DNA of 64,000 nt from Candidatus Spongiisociaceae bacterium (GCA_965202665.1 OZ241841.1:1888001-1952000), one strand, 5' to 3'; shown: positions 25,725 to 36,375, counted from the stretch's first letter. A program made the numbers and translations. Notes: generated by a model from the sequence alone, not told the origin.

Positions 25725-26426
25725 ATGCCTAATCCTGAGGCGGGCCTTCCGGGGCCGGATATTTCGGTGGTGTTGCCCATCTTTTCCAAAGACGGCCACC
25801 ATCCCGGCCCTTTGGAACCGTTGCGGGAGGAGGCCGGACGCCGGGGGATCGACTTGGAGGCGGTGGTGGTGGACGACGGATCGCCTGCGCCGGTGTCCGC
25901 CCCGGAGTGGGCGCGGGTGATCCGGTTCGACGCCAACCGGGGCAAAGCGGCCGCGGTGTGGGCCGGGGTGTCCGCCGCCCGGGGGGAAGTGATCGTCGTC
26001 TACGACGCCGACCTCCCGTTCGGCATTAAACCGGTGTTCGCCATCGCCGAACTGTGCTCCGGGGACGCTCCGGTGGCGGTCGGCCAGCGCACCGCCCCAT
26101 CCGGCAAACGATGGCGCAACCTGTTGCACTGGGCGGCGCAACGATGGGTGTACCCGGCCGGGGTGGACTCCCAATGCGGCCTGAAGGCCTACCACCGCAC
26201 CGTGGCCAAAGAAATAGCGGACCGCATCGTGTGGGCGGGCGGGTTCGGACACGACCTGTTGCTGTTCGAAGTGCTGCGCAACCGCCGCCTGCCCTACCGC
26301 ACCCTGCAGGTAACCCCCGACCCGGCGGTCGGCGAACGGTCCAGCACTTTCAAACCCGCCCACCTGCGGGAGCTGTGGAAGCTGATACGCTGGTTGCGCC
26401 GCCGTCGCTTGGCCGCAGGCGGCTAA
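25725..26426 (+). CDS. Glycosyltransferase family 2 (polyprenol-phosphate glycosyltransferase-like)
   Basis: SVVLP, VVVDDGS, NRGKAAAV, YDADL, DSQCGLKAY. Confidence 0.85.
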   Translation: MPNPEAGLPGPDISVVLPIFSKDGHHPGPLEPLREEAGRRGIDLEAVVVDDGSPAPVSAPEWARVIRFDANRGKAAAVWAGVSAARGEVIVVYDADLPFGIKPVFAIAELCSGDAPVAVGQRTAPSGKRWRNLLHWAAQRWVYPAGVDSQCGLKAYHRTVAKEIADRIVWAGGFGHDLLLFEVLRNRRLPYRTLQVTPDPAVGERSSTFKPAHLRELWKLIRWLRRRRLAAGG

Positions 26427-26445
26427 ACCGGGCAGGTATACCGCT

Positions 26446-27486
26446 TCAGTCGCGTTCCGTTGCGGGGAGACCTGGGGGCGGTTCCCCGCCGGGGTCGGTT
26501 TCCCCGGGGTCGGGCAATTCGGATTGGCCGGGATCAAAGTCGGTTGATACCGGGGCGGGTTCCTCCTCGCCGGGGTCGGATGCGACGGGGGCGGGGGCCA
26601 TTCCGAGGGCGATGTCGTTTTCGGGATTGGCGGGAAGGTTGCGTTTGCTCACCCAGGCCAGCAAGGCCAAACCCCCTATCCCGGCCGCCAGGGCGCTCCA
26701 TTGGCTCCAAGTCAGGGGCCCCAGCGTTCTGTCCCCGCCTTCCTCCAAGGCCAAGCGGGTGAAATCGATCAGGAAACGCTGCAACCCGTACCAGACCGCC
26801 CAAATCGCGAACAGCTGCCCGTAGCGCAACCGCACCCTCGCCGATCGGTACAGCCAAATCAGGACGCCCAGCAACACCGCCGCCCCCAGCATGTCGTAGA
26901 GGGCGGCGTGATGGTAGACCCCGCAGTATTCCCCGGCGGCGACGGCGCATTCCAGCACGTCGTGCTGGGGGGCCACGTCGTATCCGGGGCGGATCCCGTA
27001 GCCGAGGAAGAAACTGGTCGGCCCGCCCAGGTGCTCCACGATGGCCAAGTCGCCGATGCGCCCCACCACCGTCCCCAGCGCCAAACCGAAGGCCGCCATA
27101 TCCAAAGTGGGCCAGATGCGCAACCCGGCCCTCCGCGCCCGCCACACGCCCACTCCCACTCCGCCCACGAATCCGCCCAGGATGGAATAGTTGCCCCCCA
27201 CGTTCGCCAACTCGCCCAGATCGAAGCCGTTTTCCGCCCAGTAGGCGGGGATGGTCAGCCAGCGGGCCCCCACCAACGCCCCCAGCAGGGCCCAGGTGAG
27301 AACCGACTGCAGTTTCACCGCGTCGAACCCCCGGGCCTGGAATTTGCGGGTGGTGTACCAAGCCCCGGCCAGGAACCCGACCGCCGCGAAAATGCCGTGC
27401 AGGGACAGGCGGAACGGACCCAAGTCGAACAGCGGGATGGGCGGGTAGGAGATGGCCGCCGCCAGGGTGGAAACCGCGGAAGTCAA
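26446..27486 (-). CDS. lgt: Prolipoprotein diacylglyceryl transferase
   Basis: ALVGARW, SILGG, VGRIGD, ALYD, RFLIDFTR, TWSQW. Confidence 0.8.
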   Translation of the reverse strand: MTSAVSTLAAAISYPPIPLFDLGPFRLSLHGIFAAVGFLAGAWYTTRKFQARGFDAVKLQSVLTWALLGALVGARWLTIPAYWAENGFDLGELANVGGNYSILGGFVGGVGVGVWRARRAGLRIWPTLDMAAFGLALGTVVGRIGDLAIVEHLGGPTSFFLGYGIRPGYDVAPQHDVLECAVAAGEYCGVYHHAALYDMLGAAVLLGVLIWLYRSARVRLRYGQLFAIWAVWYGLQRFLIDFTRLALEEGGDRTLGPLTWSQWSALAAGIGGLALLAWVSKRNLPANPENDIALGMAPAPVASDPGEEEPAPVSTDFDPGQSELPDPGETDPGGEPPPGLPATERD

Positions 27487-27495
27487 AGCCGCAAC

Positions 27496-28119
27496 CTATC
27501 CGGCTGGGGCGGGCAGGCGGGGAAGGCGGGCGGGTCGGGCCGCTTCGAAAGAGTCGATGGCCTCCGCGTGGCGCATCGTCAAACCGATGTCGTCCAAGCC
27601 TTCCATCAGCCGATGTTTGATGAACGGGTCGATTTCAAAAAAAACGGCGAACCCGTCGTCACCGGCCCGCACCGTCTGATCCGGCAGGTGGATGAAGGCT
27701 TCCGTCTCCGGGTCTTTCTCCGCCATTTTCACCAGTTCCCGCACCTCCTCCGCCGGCAAAGCCACCGGCAACAACCCTATTTTGGTGCAGTTGTTGTAGA
27801 AAATGTCGGCGAAGGATTCGGCCACCACCGCTTCGAACCCCCAGTCCTGTATCCCCCATGGGGCGTGTTCCCGGGAGGAGCCCGACCCGAAGTTGGCCCC
27901 CGCCACCAGCACCCTCGCCCACTGGTATTCGGGCTTGTTCAAAACGAAGTCCGGGTCCGGTTCCTCGTCCGGCCCCCGCGCCCAGTCGTGGAACAGGAAG
28001 CGCCCGTAGCCGGTGCGTTCCACCCGCTTCAGGAACTGCTTGGGCATTATCTGGTCGGTGTCCACGTTGTTGAGCGGCAACGGGGCCATCGTCCCCGACA
28101 CGATTTTTACCGGCCGCAT
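27496..28119 (-). CDS. leuD: 3-isopropylmalate dehydratase small subunit
   Basis: NVDTDQIMPKQFLK, NFGSGSSREHAPW, SFADIFYNN, GLDDIGLT. Confidence 0.96.
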   Translation of the reverse strand: MRPVKIVSGTMAPLPLNNVDTDQIMPKQFLKRVERTGYGRFLFHDWARGPDEEPDPDFVLNKPEYQWARVLVAGANFGSGSSREHAPWGIQDWGFEAVVAESFADIFYNNCTKIGLLPVALPAEEVRELVKMAEKDPETEAFIHLPDQTVRAGDDGFAVFFEIDPFIKHRLMEGLDDIGLTMRHAEAIDSFEAARPARLPRLPAPAG

Positions 28120-29531
28120 CACGCCCCCCAGTCCCGCACATCCGCGAAATGCCCGGCCACCGCCGCCGCCGCCGCCATCTCCGGGCTGACCAGATGGGTG
28201 CGCCCGCCCCGCCCCTGGCGCCCTTCGAAGTTGCGGTTGGAGGTGGAGGCGCACCTCTCCCCGGGGGCCAGGATGTCGTCGTTCATCCCCAGGCACATGG
28301 AGCACCCGGCGTCCCGCCATTCGAACCCGGCTTCTTTGAAAACCCGGTCCAGCCCTTCGTCTTCGGCCTGCATTTTGACCAGGCCCGACCCGGGCACCAC
28401 CATGGCCGACACCCGGTTCGCCACCCGCCGCCCGGCGACCACCGCCGCCGCCGCCCGCAGGTCTTCGATGCGGGCGTTGGTGCACGAACCGATGAAAACC
28501 CGGTCCAAAAAGACGTCGGTGATGGGGGTTCCGGCGGCCAGGTCCATGTATTCCAGGGCCCGCCGGCATCCGTCCCGGTCCGCCGGGTCGTCGTACTGGT
28601 CGGGGTGGGGCACGCGGGCGGTGACCGGAACCGTCTGCGCCGGGTTGACGCCCCACGAAACGTGCGGTTCCAGGGCGGCGGCGTCGAATTCCGCGGTCTT
28701 GTCAAAAGAGGCCCCCGGGTCGGAGGGGAGTTTCCGCCAGGCGTCCAACGCCTCCTCCCAGGCCGCCCCGGCAGGGGCATGGGGACGGCCCTCCAGGTAG
28801 GCGAAGGTAGCGTCGTCGGGGGCGATCATCCCCGCCCGGGCCCCGCCTTCGATGGACATGTTGGAAATGGTCATCCGCCCGGCCATGCCCAGCGAACGGA
28901 TGGCGGAGCCCCGGTATTCGATGACGTGCCCGGTCCCGCCCCCCACTCCGATGCGGGCGATGACGGCCAGGATTATGTCTTTGGCGGTCACCCCCCGGGG
29001 CAGGTCGCCTTCCACTTCGACGGCCATGGTGGCCGGTTTGCCCTGGGGGAGGGTCTGGGTGGCCAGCACATGCTCCACCTCCGAGGTGCCGATGCCGAAA
29101 GCCAGCGCCCCGAACGCCCCGTGGGTGGCGGTGTGCGAGTCGCCGCACACGATGGTCATCCCCGGCTGGGTCAGTCCCTGTTCGGGGCCGATGATGTGCA
29201 CGATGCCCTGGCGGGGGTCGTCCAGCCCGTAGAGGGTGATCCCGAATTCCCGGCAGTTGTCCACCAGGGCGTCGATCTGCTTTTTGGACAGGGGGTCTTT
29301 GATGCCCAGGTTGCGGTTAGCGGTGGGCACCCCGTGGTCGATGGTGGACACGGTCAGGTCGGGGCGGCGCACCCCCCGCCCGGCCAGGCGCAGGGCGTCG
29401 AAAGCCTGCGGGCTGGTCACTTCGTGCACCAGATGCAGGTCGATGTAGAGCAGGGACGGCTCGCCTTCCGCCTCCCGCACCACGTGCGTCTCCCACACTT
29501 TCTCAAACAATGTTTTGGGCGAGGGGGTCAT
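28119..29531 (-). CDS. leuC: 3-isopropylmalate dehydratase large subunit
   Basis: [42 protein letters not shown]. Confidence 0.97.
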   Translation of the reverse strand: MTPSPKTLFEKVWETHVVREAEGEPSLLYIDLHLVHEVTSPQAFDALRLAGRGVRRPDLTVSTIDHGVPTANRNLGIKDPLSKKQIDALVDNCREFGITLYGLDDPRQGIVHIIGPEQGLTQPGMTIVCGDSHTATHGAFGALAFGIGTSEVEHVLATQTLPQGKPATMAVEVEGDLPRGVTAKDIILAVIARIGVGGGTGHVIEYRGSAIRSLGMAGRMTISNMSIEGGARAGMIAPDDATFAYLEGRPHAPAGAAWEEALDAWRKLPSDPGASFDKTAEFDAAALEPHVSWGVNPAQTVPVTARVPHPDQYDDPADRDGCRRALEYMDLAAGTPITDVFLDRVFIGSCTNARIEDLRAAAAVVAGRRVANRVSAMVVPGSGLVKMQAEDEGLDRVFKEAGFEWRDAGCSMCLGMNDDILAPGERCASTSNRNFEGRQGRGGRTHLVSPEMAAAAAVAGHFADVRDWGA

Positions 29532-29655
29532 AGATTCTCGGATGGGTCGCTTGCCTGGCCGGTTTCCCGCGGCCGGCCGCCGGGGATTCTCCGGGGGGCC
29601 GATGATACCAGCTTGGCAGGGACTGCGCTCCTACGGCCGCTACCCTGGGCGGGTT

Positions 29656-31068
29656 ATGGAAGCGCAATACCGGATGTCCCCCGATGAGTTCCGCCGCCAC
29701 GGGCATGCGATGGTGGATTGGGTGGCCGACTACATGGCCGCGGCGGGCGACCTTCCCATCGTCCCCGCCGTGAAACCGGGGGAGATACGGGCGATGATCC
29801 CCGACGCCGCCCCCGAACAGCCGGAGGACTTCGCCGACATAGCCGCCGACATGGACCGGATCGTGGTTCCCGGCGCAACCGGTTGGGCCTCCCCCGGCTG
29901 GTTCGCTTATTACCCGTGCAGCGTGTCCGGGCCGGGAATTTTGGGGGAGTTGGCGGCGGCGGGCCTGGGGCAGCAGGGGATGGTGTGGGCCACCAGCCCG
30001 GTCAGCTCCGAATTGGAGGGGGCGGTGCTGGACTGGATGGCCGACCTGCTGGGGTTGCCCGCCGGTTGGAAGATGGACGGGCCGGGGGGCGGGGTGATTC
30101 AGCAGACCGCCTCCGACGCCGCCCACCTGGCCCTGGTGGCCGCCCGGCAGCGGGCCGCGGACGGCGGGGCGGAAATCGGGGATTGCGTCGCCTACCTGTC
30201 CGACCAGGCCAACCTGTCGTTGGAGAAGGGGGCCCGCATCGCCGGATACCGGCGCATCCGCGTCTTGGAAGCCGACGACCGGTTCGCCCTGCCGGCGGAG
30301 GCCCTGCGCCGGGCGGCGGGGGAGGATCGCCGCCGGGGGCTGCGCCCCGCCTTCGTTTGCTCCACGGTGGGAACCACCGCTACCGCCGCCGTGGATCCGG
30401 TGCGGGAGATAGGGGAGGCGTCCCGGGAGGAGGGGATGTGGCACCATGTGGACGCCGCCTACGCCGGTTCGGCCATGCTGTGCGAAGAGTTCCGCCGTCA
30501 CCAGGACGGTTTGGAGGCGGCGGACAGTTATTCGGTCAACCCGTACAAGTGGCTGCCGGTCAACTTCGACGGGTCGCTGTTCTACGTGGCGGATCGCTCC
30601 CAGCTGACCGGCGCCCTTTCCATCGACCCGCCCTACCTGCGGGACTCCGGGGAGGGGGACCGGCGGGCGGTCAACTACCGGGACTGGCAGCTTCCCCTGG
30701 GACGCCGTTTCCGGTCGCTGAAGTTGTGGTTCGCCCTCCGTTTCTACGGGGCGGAGGCGCTGCGGGCCAAAATCCGGGAGGATGTGCGCCTGGCCCGGAT
30801 GATCGCCGAACGGGTGGAGGCCGACCGGCGGTTTGAGCTGGTGGCCCCGGTTCTGTTTTCCCTGGTGTGCTTCCGGCACCGGGTTGGGGACGAAGCCACC
30901 GCCGCCATCGCCGAGGCGGTGAACCGCTCCGGCCATTCTTTCTGGTCCACTTCCCGCTACCAAGACCGGACGTTTCTGCGCATAGCCATCGGGCAGGTGA
31001 ACACCGAGGCCGAACATGTGGAAAGGCTGTGGTCACTGATAGACGAAGTCTCGCCTCCTCCCGGGTAA
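29656..31068 (+). CDS. Group II PLP-dependent decarboxylase (aromatic-L-amino-acid decarboxylase-like)
   Basis: EFRRHGHAMVDWVADY, HVDAAYAG, NPYKW, DWQLPLGRRFRSLKLWF. Confidence 0.92.
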   Translation: MEAQYRMSPDEFRRHGHAMVDWVADYMAAAGDLPIVPAVKPGEIRAMIPDAAPEQPEDFADIAADMDRIVVPGATGWASPGWFAYYPCSVSGPGILGELAAAGLGQQGMVWATSPVSSELEGAVLDWMADLLGLPAGWKMDGPGGGVIQQTASDAAHLALVAARQRAADGGAEIGDCVAYLSDQANLSLEKGARIAGYRRIRVLEADDRFALPAEALRRAAGEDRRRGLRPAFVCSTVGTTATAAVDPVREIGEASREEGMWHHVDAAYAGSAMLCEEFRRHQDGLEAADSYSVNPYKWLPVNFDGSLFYVADRSQLTGALSIDPPYLRDSGEGDRRAVNYRDWQLPLGRRFRSLKLWFALRFYGAEALRAKIREDVRLARMIAERVEADRRFELVAPVLFSLVCFRHRVGDEATAAIAEAVNRSGHSFWSTSRYQDRTFLRIAIGQVNTEAEHVERLWSLIDEVSPPPG

Positions 31069-31121
31069 CTGAGGCGGAGTATGGTTAGGGGAGTGGGGGG
31101 CTGTCTAACGGGAGGTAAAAA

Positions 31122-31862
31122 ATGGATCACAGGCGGGCGGATAAGGTGGAGTGGGAGGACGCTCCCGCTGAGAATTTCACCGGCCTGGTGCGATTCGGCC
31201 CGTTAAGCGACCATGGGCCGCTCAACGCCTTGGCGGTGCGTTTCGAGGCAACGGCCCGCACCGACTGGCATTCCCACCCGGAGGGGCAGGTGCTGTACGT
31301 GGTGGCGGGCCGGGGACGTATCCAAGACGACGACGGAACCACCGTAGAGTTCGGAGCGGGGGATACGCTGTATACGCCGCCCGGGCAGATACATTGGCAT
31401 GGGGCGGGCCCGGACGGCCCGATGACACACCTTTCCCTAACCACCGGCGGAGCCACCATCTGGGAACCCCGCAAAGTAACCGAAGAAGAATACAACCGCA
31501 CCACCCCCATTCACATACCGCGTAAGAGAGATTTTATGGTCCCCGTTCTCCAGGCCTTGAGTGCCATGGGCGGTTCGGGACGAGCTAAAGATGCTGTTGA
31601 AATGGTTTGCCGTTTGCTTGGCGTAACGGACGAACAGAGGATGATAAAAACCAAGAAAGGAAACCGTAAGGTATATTTGAGAATTAGTTGGGCTTCTACT
31701 GAACTTAAGAATATTGGATTTTTAGTAAAAGAGAGCAGGATTTGGTCATTGACTGACAAAGGGAAAGAATTTGTTCGCCGTTCACAGAAGGAAACTTCAG
31801 GAAGCCTGAATGACGAATTATTGCAATTGTGGATGGATTACCAAAAGCAAAAAGATAGATAG
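31122..31862 (+). CDS. Cupin domain fused to an Mrr N-terminal-like winged helix
   Basis: ARTDWHSHPEGQVL..HWHGA cupin; then PVLQAL..GGS..RISWA..L...G..WSLTDKG. Confidence 0.75.
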   Translation: MDHRRADKVEWEDAPAENFTGLVRFGPLSDHGPLNALAVRFEATARTDWHSHPEGQVLYVVAGRGRIQDDDGTTVEFGAGDTLYTPPGQIHWHGAGPDGPMTHLSLTTGGATIWEPRKVTEEEYNRTTPIHIPRKRDFMVPVLQALSAMGGSGRAKDAVEMVCRLLGVTDEQRMIKTKKGNRKVYLRISWASTELKNIGFLVKESRIWSLTDKGKEFVRRSQKETSGSLNDELLQLWMDYQKQKDR

Positions 31863-31867
31863 GGCCT

Positions 31868-32698
31868 ATGTTGGGGCATAGCCGCAAGGCCGCTGAACGG
31901 CTGGTGGCCGTGTTGGCGGTGATAGGACTTGTGGCCGCTCCCGTAGCGGCGGTACCTTCGGATGTTGAGGGGCACCCGCAGGAGGCGGTGATCCGCACCG
32001 CGTTGGCGGACGGCTACTTTCAGGGCTACCGGGATGGGCTTTTCCGGCCGGATGTAGCGATAGCGGACGGGCATATAGCCACCGTGTTCCGCCGGGCGTT
32101 CCCCTCGGGGGTTACGAGGGCGGAGATGGCGGCGGTGATGGTTGCCGGCCGTGCGGCGTTGGCCCCGACGGACCGGGCCGACCGTCCGCCGCCCAGTCGC
32201 CAGCGTGAGGAAGGCCGCATATTTCCCTCCCCGGATTTGCCGATTATCCGGTTGAATAATCGGATGTCTTCCTGGTGGCAGGAGATTTGTCATATTACCC
32301 ACGACTACGAGAGGGCCGGTGAGCGGAATATCGGCCACCTGCGGGACAAGTGCGAGGAGTTAGCGGCGACCTGGGAGGCGCAGGTGCGGTTCGACCCGCA
32401 TGGATCGGACATCGAGTGGGACGGCGTGTTCGTGTGGTTGGACGACTCGGACGGCGGCCCCTCAAAGTTGTATTTCCGCCAGTCATGCCACTCCCGGGAC
32501 ACGACCCGTTGCAGAGCGGAAGGGGTGGAAACGATCCGGTTGCGAACTCCGACGGTTCGGAATGTGCTGGGGGATGTGCGGTTGGATGTGATGTTGGAAT
32601 GCGTCAAATACGAGGCCTGGTCTGACTCGCCGCCGCTGGCCCGGGTGGAGGACATCCCGGTGTCGGACTGCTATCCTACCCTCACCGACACCGAATAG
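31868..32698 (+). CDS. Secreted SLH-domain protein with uncharacterised Cys-containing C-terminus
   Basis: Signal peptide, SDVEGHP, FQGYRDGLFRPD, VTRAEMA. Confidence 0.75.
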   Translation: MLGHSRKAAERLVAVLAVIGLVAAPVAAVPSDVEGHPQEAVIRTALADGYFQGYRDGLFRPDVAIADGHIATVFRRAFPSGVTRAEMAAVMVAGRAALAPTDRADRPPPSRQREEGRIFPSPDLPIIRLNNRMSSWWQEICHITHDYERAGERNIGHLRDKCEELAATWEAQVRFDPHGSDIEWDGVFVWLDDSDGGPSKLYFRQSCHSRDTTRCRAEGVETIRLRTPTVRNVLGDVRLDVMLECVKYEAWSDSPPLARVEDIPVSDCYPTLTDTE

Positions 32699-32717
32699 CC
32701 GGGCGGGAGGTTGGGAA

Positions 32718-33938
32718 ATGGAGCAAAAAGCAACCCCCGCTATGGCAGAAACCCCGATGCTGGCAGCCGCGCAGGCGTTTCAAGCCGCCAACCCCGACCT
32801 CCAACTGGTCGTCATTCCCCTGTTCGGCCCGGACGGGAAGTTGCCCTACCCGCACGGCGGAGCCCATCCCGAAATCGCCACCGGATGGCAGAAACGGGTC
32901 CTCTCCGTTCCGGGCGATCATCCGGCCTGGAAGGAGGCTACCGGCTGGGGCATCGTCCTCACCAACAACCCCCATCTTCTTATCGTGGATGTGGACAAAC
33001 CGGAGGAACTCACAGCCGAGCAACGGGCCGCTCTTAACGAGTCCCCCGGCCTCACCTACCCCACCCGCCGAGGTCGCCACCATTGGTACCGGGTCCAACC
33101 TGGCGACCATCTTCCCATTACCGGCAAGCAAGGCGAATGGCCGGGAGGGGAAATTTGGTATCACACGGCCCGCCTAGTCGCTGGTCCCGGAAGCCAAGAC
33201 AAGCCCGCCCCCACCGGCCTCACCGTCCCCGACTACGCACCCCCTTTGAAAGTCCTACTACCCCCCACTGACAGCAACGGAAGCGGGAACGCTCGGCGGG
33301 AGCGAGACCCTAACTGGAACCCCACCGACTGGATAGGCAAATGGAAAATCGGAACCACCATCGAACACCCCGGACAATACGCCGTCATCTCTTCCGTAGC
33401 CGCCGTCCTCCTTCGCCGAATGACACCCACCGAAGTCACCAACTGGATAGTCGACAACATCTGGCAGGCCGGACTGTTGCCAGACGACAATCCCGAACGC
33501 CCCTGGACGCGTCGCGACATCGCCGACCGGGTCCGCCGCGCCTACCGTTACCTCCAACAGCAACACCAGAAACAGGGGTCCCCGATCCAGGTCCCTCGGG
33601 AGCGGGATATTATGCTCAGCGTGTTGCAAGCGTTGGGAGCCATCGGCGGTTCGGGTAAGCCCAAAGAAATCATTGCAGGAGTTGGCGGGTTGCTTGGCGT
33701 AACAGGGGAGCAGTGGTCGTCGAAGGTGAAAAGCGGAATGCCTAGAATTGAAGATCGGACGAGATGGGCTTCTCATAAACTCAGAAACATCGGCTGTTTG
33801 GATAAAGACCAAGGTATGTTGTCATTGACAGATAAGGGGAAGGAGTTCCTGTATCGCTCGCAACAGGAGTCACCGCGAGCCCTTAACGATGAACTCTGGG
33901 ACAAGGCTATGGAGTATCGCCAAAACTCACCTTCCTAA
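32718..33938 (+). CDS. Bifunctional primase/polymerase-like (Prim-Pol) domain fused to an Mrr_N-like winged helix
   Basis: GWGI..LLIVDVD, TRRGRHHWY, VAGPGS; C-terminus SVLQAL..GGSG..RTRWA..L..IG..LSLTDKG. Confidence 0.65.
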   Translation: MEQKATPAMAETPMLAAAQAFQAANPDLQLVVIPLFGPDGKLPYPHGGAHPEIATGWQKRVLSVPGDHPAWKEATGWGIVLTNNPHLLIVDVDKPEELTAEQRAALNESPGLTYPTRRGRHHWYRVQPGDHLPITGKQGEWPGGEIWYHTARLVAGPGSQDKPAPTGLTVPDYAPPLKVLLPPTDSNGSGNARRERDPNWNPTDWIGKWKIGTTIEHPGQYAVISSVAAVLLRRMTPTEVTNWIVDNIWQAGLLPDDNPERPWTRRDIADRVRRAYRYLQQQHQKQGSPIQVPRERDIMLSVLQALGAIGGSGKPKEIIAGVGGLLGVTGEQWSSKVKSGMPRIEDRTRWASHKLRNIGCLDKDQGMLSLTDKGKEFLYRSQQESPRALNDELWDKAMEYRQNSPS

Positions 33939-33948
33939 GATATCCAGT

Positions 33949-36375
33949 TTATTGGTTAAATCGGTGTTTGATGTAATCTTGGATTTCGCTGGTACGTAGT
34001 TTGTCAGTGGAAGGTCCCATGCGGACATAAAAGTGTTCCTCGTTTCCGTCTTTGACATAGATGGGGGAGGGAGAGGGGTCGCAAACCACTCTCATTATAC
34101 GGTGATCCTTATAAGTTCCGTAGTCTATGTGTATCATGGTCACGGCTGTGTGTCCCATACGGGACTTGACAAGTTCAACCAGATGAAGGGTCATCTTGTC
34201 TTCTGACTTAAATTTATCGGTCTTAACGCCGAGTGGTGTCCCATCATCTGCCACGCCTATGAGCAACGTACCTCCTTCGTGATTTAAGAAACCGGCCAGG
34301 GTTTTGATTACAGAATGCTCCAGACGAGGATCATTCTTATTTATGTGTAGGTTCATTCTTAGGGAGGATTTGAATTCAACGGTTTCGCTTTCCCCTTTTT
34401 GAATGATTTCTTGTAGCCCATTTTCATTAAAGGACATCAGTATTTCTTCGTTTATGTATTGCTTGAACCCGTTGGGGCTAGTGAAAAAACGGTATCCATA
34501 TTTTCCGGCGGCGGCTAACACCTCCACATCCTCGTCAATAAGAACAGCTACCCGATCGCTAAGCTCGGATTGCACGCCTTCCGGCCAGGCCAAATCAAAC
34601 ATGGCGACTTCCTCGCCCGTGTCGGGATCAGCGATCTCATACCCTAAAATACCAGTGGGAAGGTTTTGGTTTTTCATCCACTGGTTGATTTCGAGGAGAA
34701 TAGCCTCTTCTTCATCGTCGGCGATGCTGGCAGGTCGCGATGGAGCAGAAGTAATCGGTCGATCCCAACCTTTCTCTTTTTGTACCTTGGTGTGGTCGGT
34801 AAGCAAGTTATTCAAAATTTGGTTGGCGCCTTCTGCGAGTAGGCGCTTACGAGCGTTGAGAAAGTTTTCGTATTTATGGATTTCCCAAAGATTGCGTTTC
34901 ATTGGTATCCATTGGGATTCAAGTACGCCTGGGTATTTTTCGGCGATTTCTTCCAAATATTCGATAGGAGGCCGACGACGGATTTTTTGAGTACTGTCTT
35001 TGGTAAGAAAGCAGAAGTTTGCCAATGCATTTCTTGATTTGGTATCGTAATCTGCTCTATGCAGTAGGAACTTGGGGAAAAGGTGGTGTAACTCCAATTG
35101 CGGTTTTTCCCCAGACTGATTATTGAGCGGTTGACCATCGTATAGGTCGCGCGCTTCTCCCATACGAGTCATCATATACAGCACTGGGTAAAACCTATTT
35201 CCTCGGGTGGCACCATGAAAATTTCTGGCTTCTATCTTAAGTCCACCGCGCCAGCGACGCAGATTCTCCAATAGTCCGTCGATGGTATCATCTGCAGAGG
35301 TGTTTTGTAATACCATTAGGTCAGTTTCCATTGTAGACACCGATGCTCCGGAATACCTTCCCCACATACCAGCATGGGCATACCAGTGCAATAGTTTATC
35401 TCTTTGCTCAGGAGATATATTACCATCTTCTTTATCTAAGAAGGCGATAATGATAGGGAACGCCTGTTTAGCAAACAAAACCTGGTTATGATCCAGTCCA
35501 AGCCTATTGCTTATCATAGTCAGGGCTTGGTCTATATATTTTTCGGCTCGTTGTAGACCATCCTGCACTTGTGATGTAGTGGCCTTGTGCATATGTGTGA
35601 ACAGCCCTCGTCCGGAGATTATTACATTGGTAATTCGGAGAAGCCAATCCAAACTAAAATCATACCCAATTTTTCTCCATTTGAGTAATTGTGCCTGCAT
35701 AGTTTCACGGGCTTCTGCCCACTCCGAACATATTTTGGCCAGAGCTAAATCACCTTGAGTGAGCTTAGTTCCGCCACTGTTGACTCGATCAAATATATTT
35801 ACAACTTCTTCTATGGTTTTGTCTTCACTGGTGACAGAATCAATATGCATGTCGCGTTCAGTTATATTCAAAAGTTTCATTAGTCGTCCTAAATAATTGC
35901 TAGTATCTATGCCGTTGGCTTGCAGTTTTTCTATAATAGGTTCTACTCCCAGAGTTCCTTTACTGTATAGTTCGGTTACATCAATCCATAGAGGATTATT
36001 TTGCATTTTGACAGGTTGAAAGAATTCGAACACCTCATCCTCTAGATTAAATCGTAAGTTTTGGAAGGCGTGGGCATTGCCGTTGAAGAAGGCTGGTTCC
36101 CGACCCCTAATCACGCCGTAGAGGGAGGTAATTCGTTGCTGGCCGTCCAACAGGATTTGGCGGTGGGTGGCGGGAGCGGAGGTTTCTCCGCGGGTTCGAA
36201 CATCAGGCGATGATGTTTCCCAGATCAGGAGCGACCCAACCGGATAATCTCTATAGAGCGAGTTGAAAAACTCGCTGACCTGCTTGCGGGCCCACACATA
36301 GCCGCGTTGGAAAACGGGAAGGGTTATGGACCCGTTGTCGATTCTGTCTAGGATGGTGGAGATTTTGGTGGCCAT
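33949..36375 (-). CDS. GmrSD-like protein (DUF262 plus HNH-like DUF1524) with C-terminal AlbA_2/Schlafen domain
   Basis: LPVFQRGYVW, LLDGQQR, FDRVNSGG, LELHHLFPK..LANF; ESETVEFKSS..FLNHEGGTLLIGVADDG; low GC. Confidence 0.85.
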   Translation of the reverse strand: MATKISTILDRIDNGSITLPVFQRGYVWARKQVSEFFNSLYRDYPVGSLLIWETSSPDVRTRGETSAPATHRQILLDGQQRITSLYGVIRGREPAFFNGNAHAFQNLRFNLEDEVFEFFQPVKMQNNPLWIDVTELYSKGTLGVEPIIEKLQANGIDTSNYLGRLMKLLNITERDMHIDSVTSEDKTIEEVVNIFDRVNSGGTKLTQGDLALAKICSEWAEARETMQAQLLKWRKIGYDFSLDWLLRITNVIISGRGLFTHMHKATTSQVQDGLQRAEKYIDQALTMISNRLGLDHNQVLFAKQAFPIIIAFLDKEDGNISPEQRDKLLHWYAHAGMWGRYSGASVSTMETDLMVLQNTSADDTIDGLLENLRRWRGGLKIEARNFHGATRGNRFYPVLYMMTRMGEARDLYDGQPLNNQSGEKPQLELHHLFPKFLLHRADYDTKSRNALANFCFLTKDSTQKIRRRPPIEYLEEIAEKYPGVLESQWIPMKRNLWEIHKYENFLNARKRLLAEGANQILNNLLTDHTKVQKEKGWDRPITSAPSRPASIADDEEEAILLEINQWMKNQNLPTGILGYEIADPDTGEEVAMFDLAWPEGVQSELSDRVAVLIDEDVEVLAAAGKYGYRFFTSPNGFKQYINEEILMSFNENGLQEIIQKGESETVEFKSSLRMNLHINKNDPRLEHSVIKTLAGFLNHEGGTLLIGVADDGTPLGVKTDKFKSEDKMTLHLVELVKSRMGHTAVTMIHIDYGTYKDHRIMRVVCDPSPSPIYVKDGNEEHFYVRMGPSTDKLRTSEIQDYIKHRFNQ

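Noticed and set aside
26446-27486. Divergent Lgt motifs (RIGD, HHAALYD) and acidic Pro-rich tail as a novelty
   Set aside because: Within plausible family variation; actinobacterial Lgt proteins often have low-complexity tails
32718-33938. Prim-Pol gene as evidence of a prophage or plasmid
   Set aside because: No integrase, helicase partner, structural genes or att sites were seen
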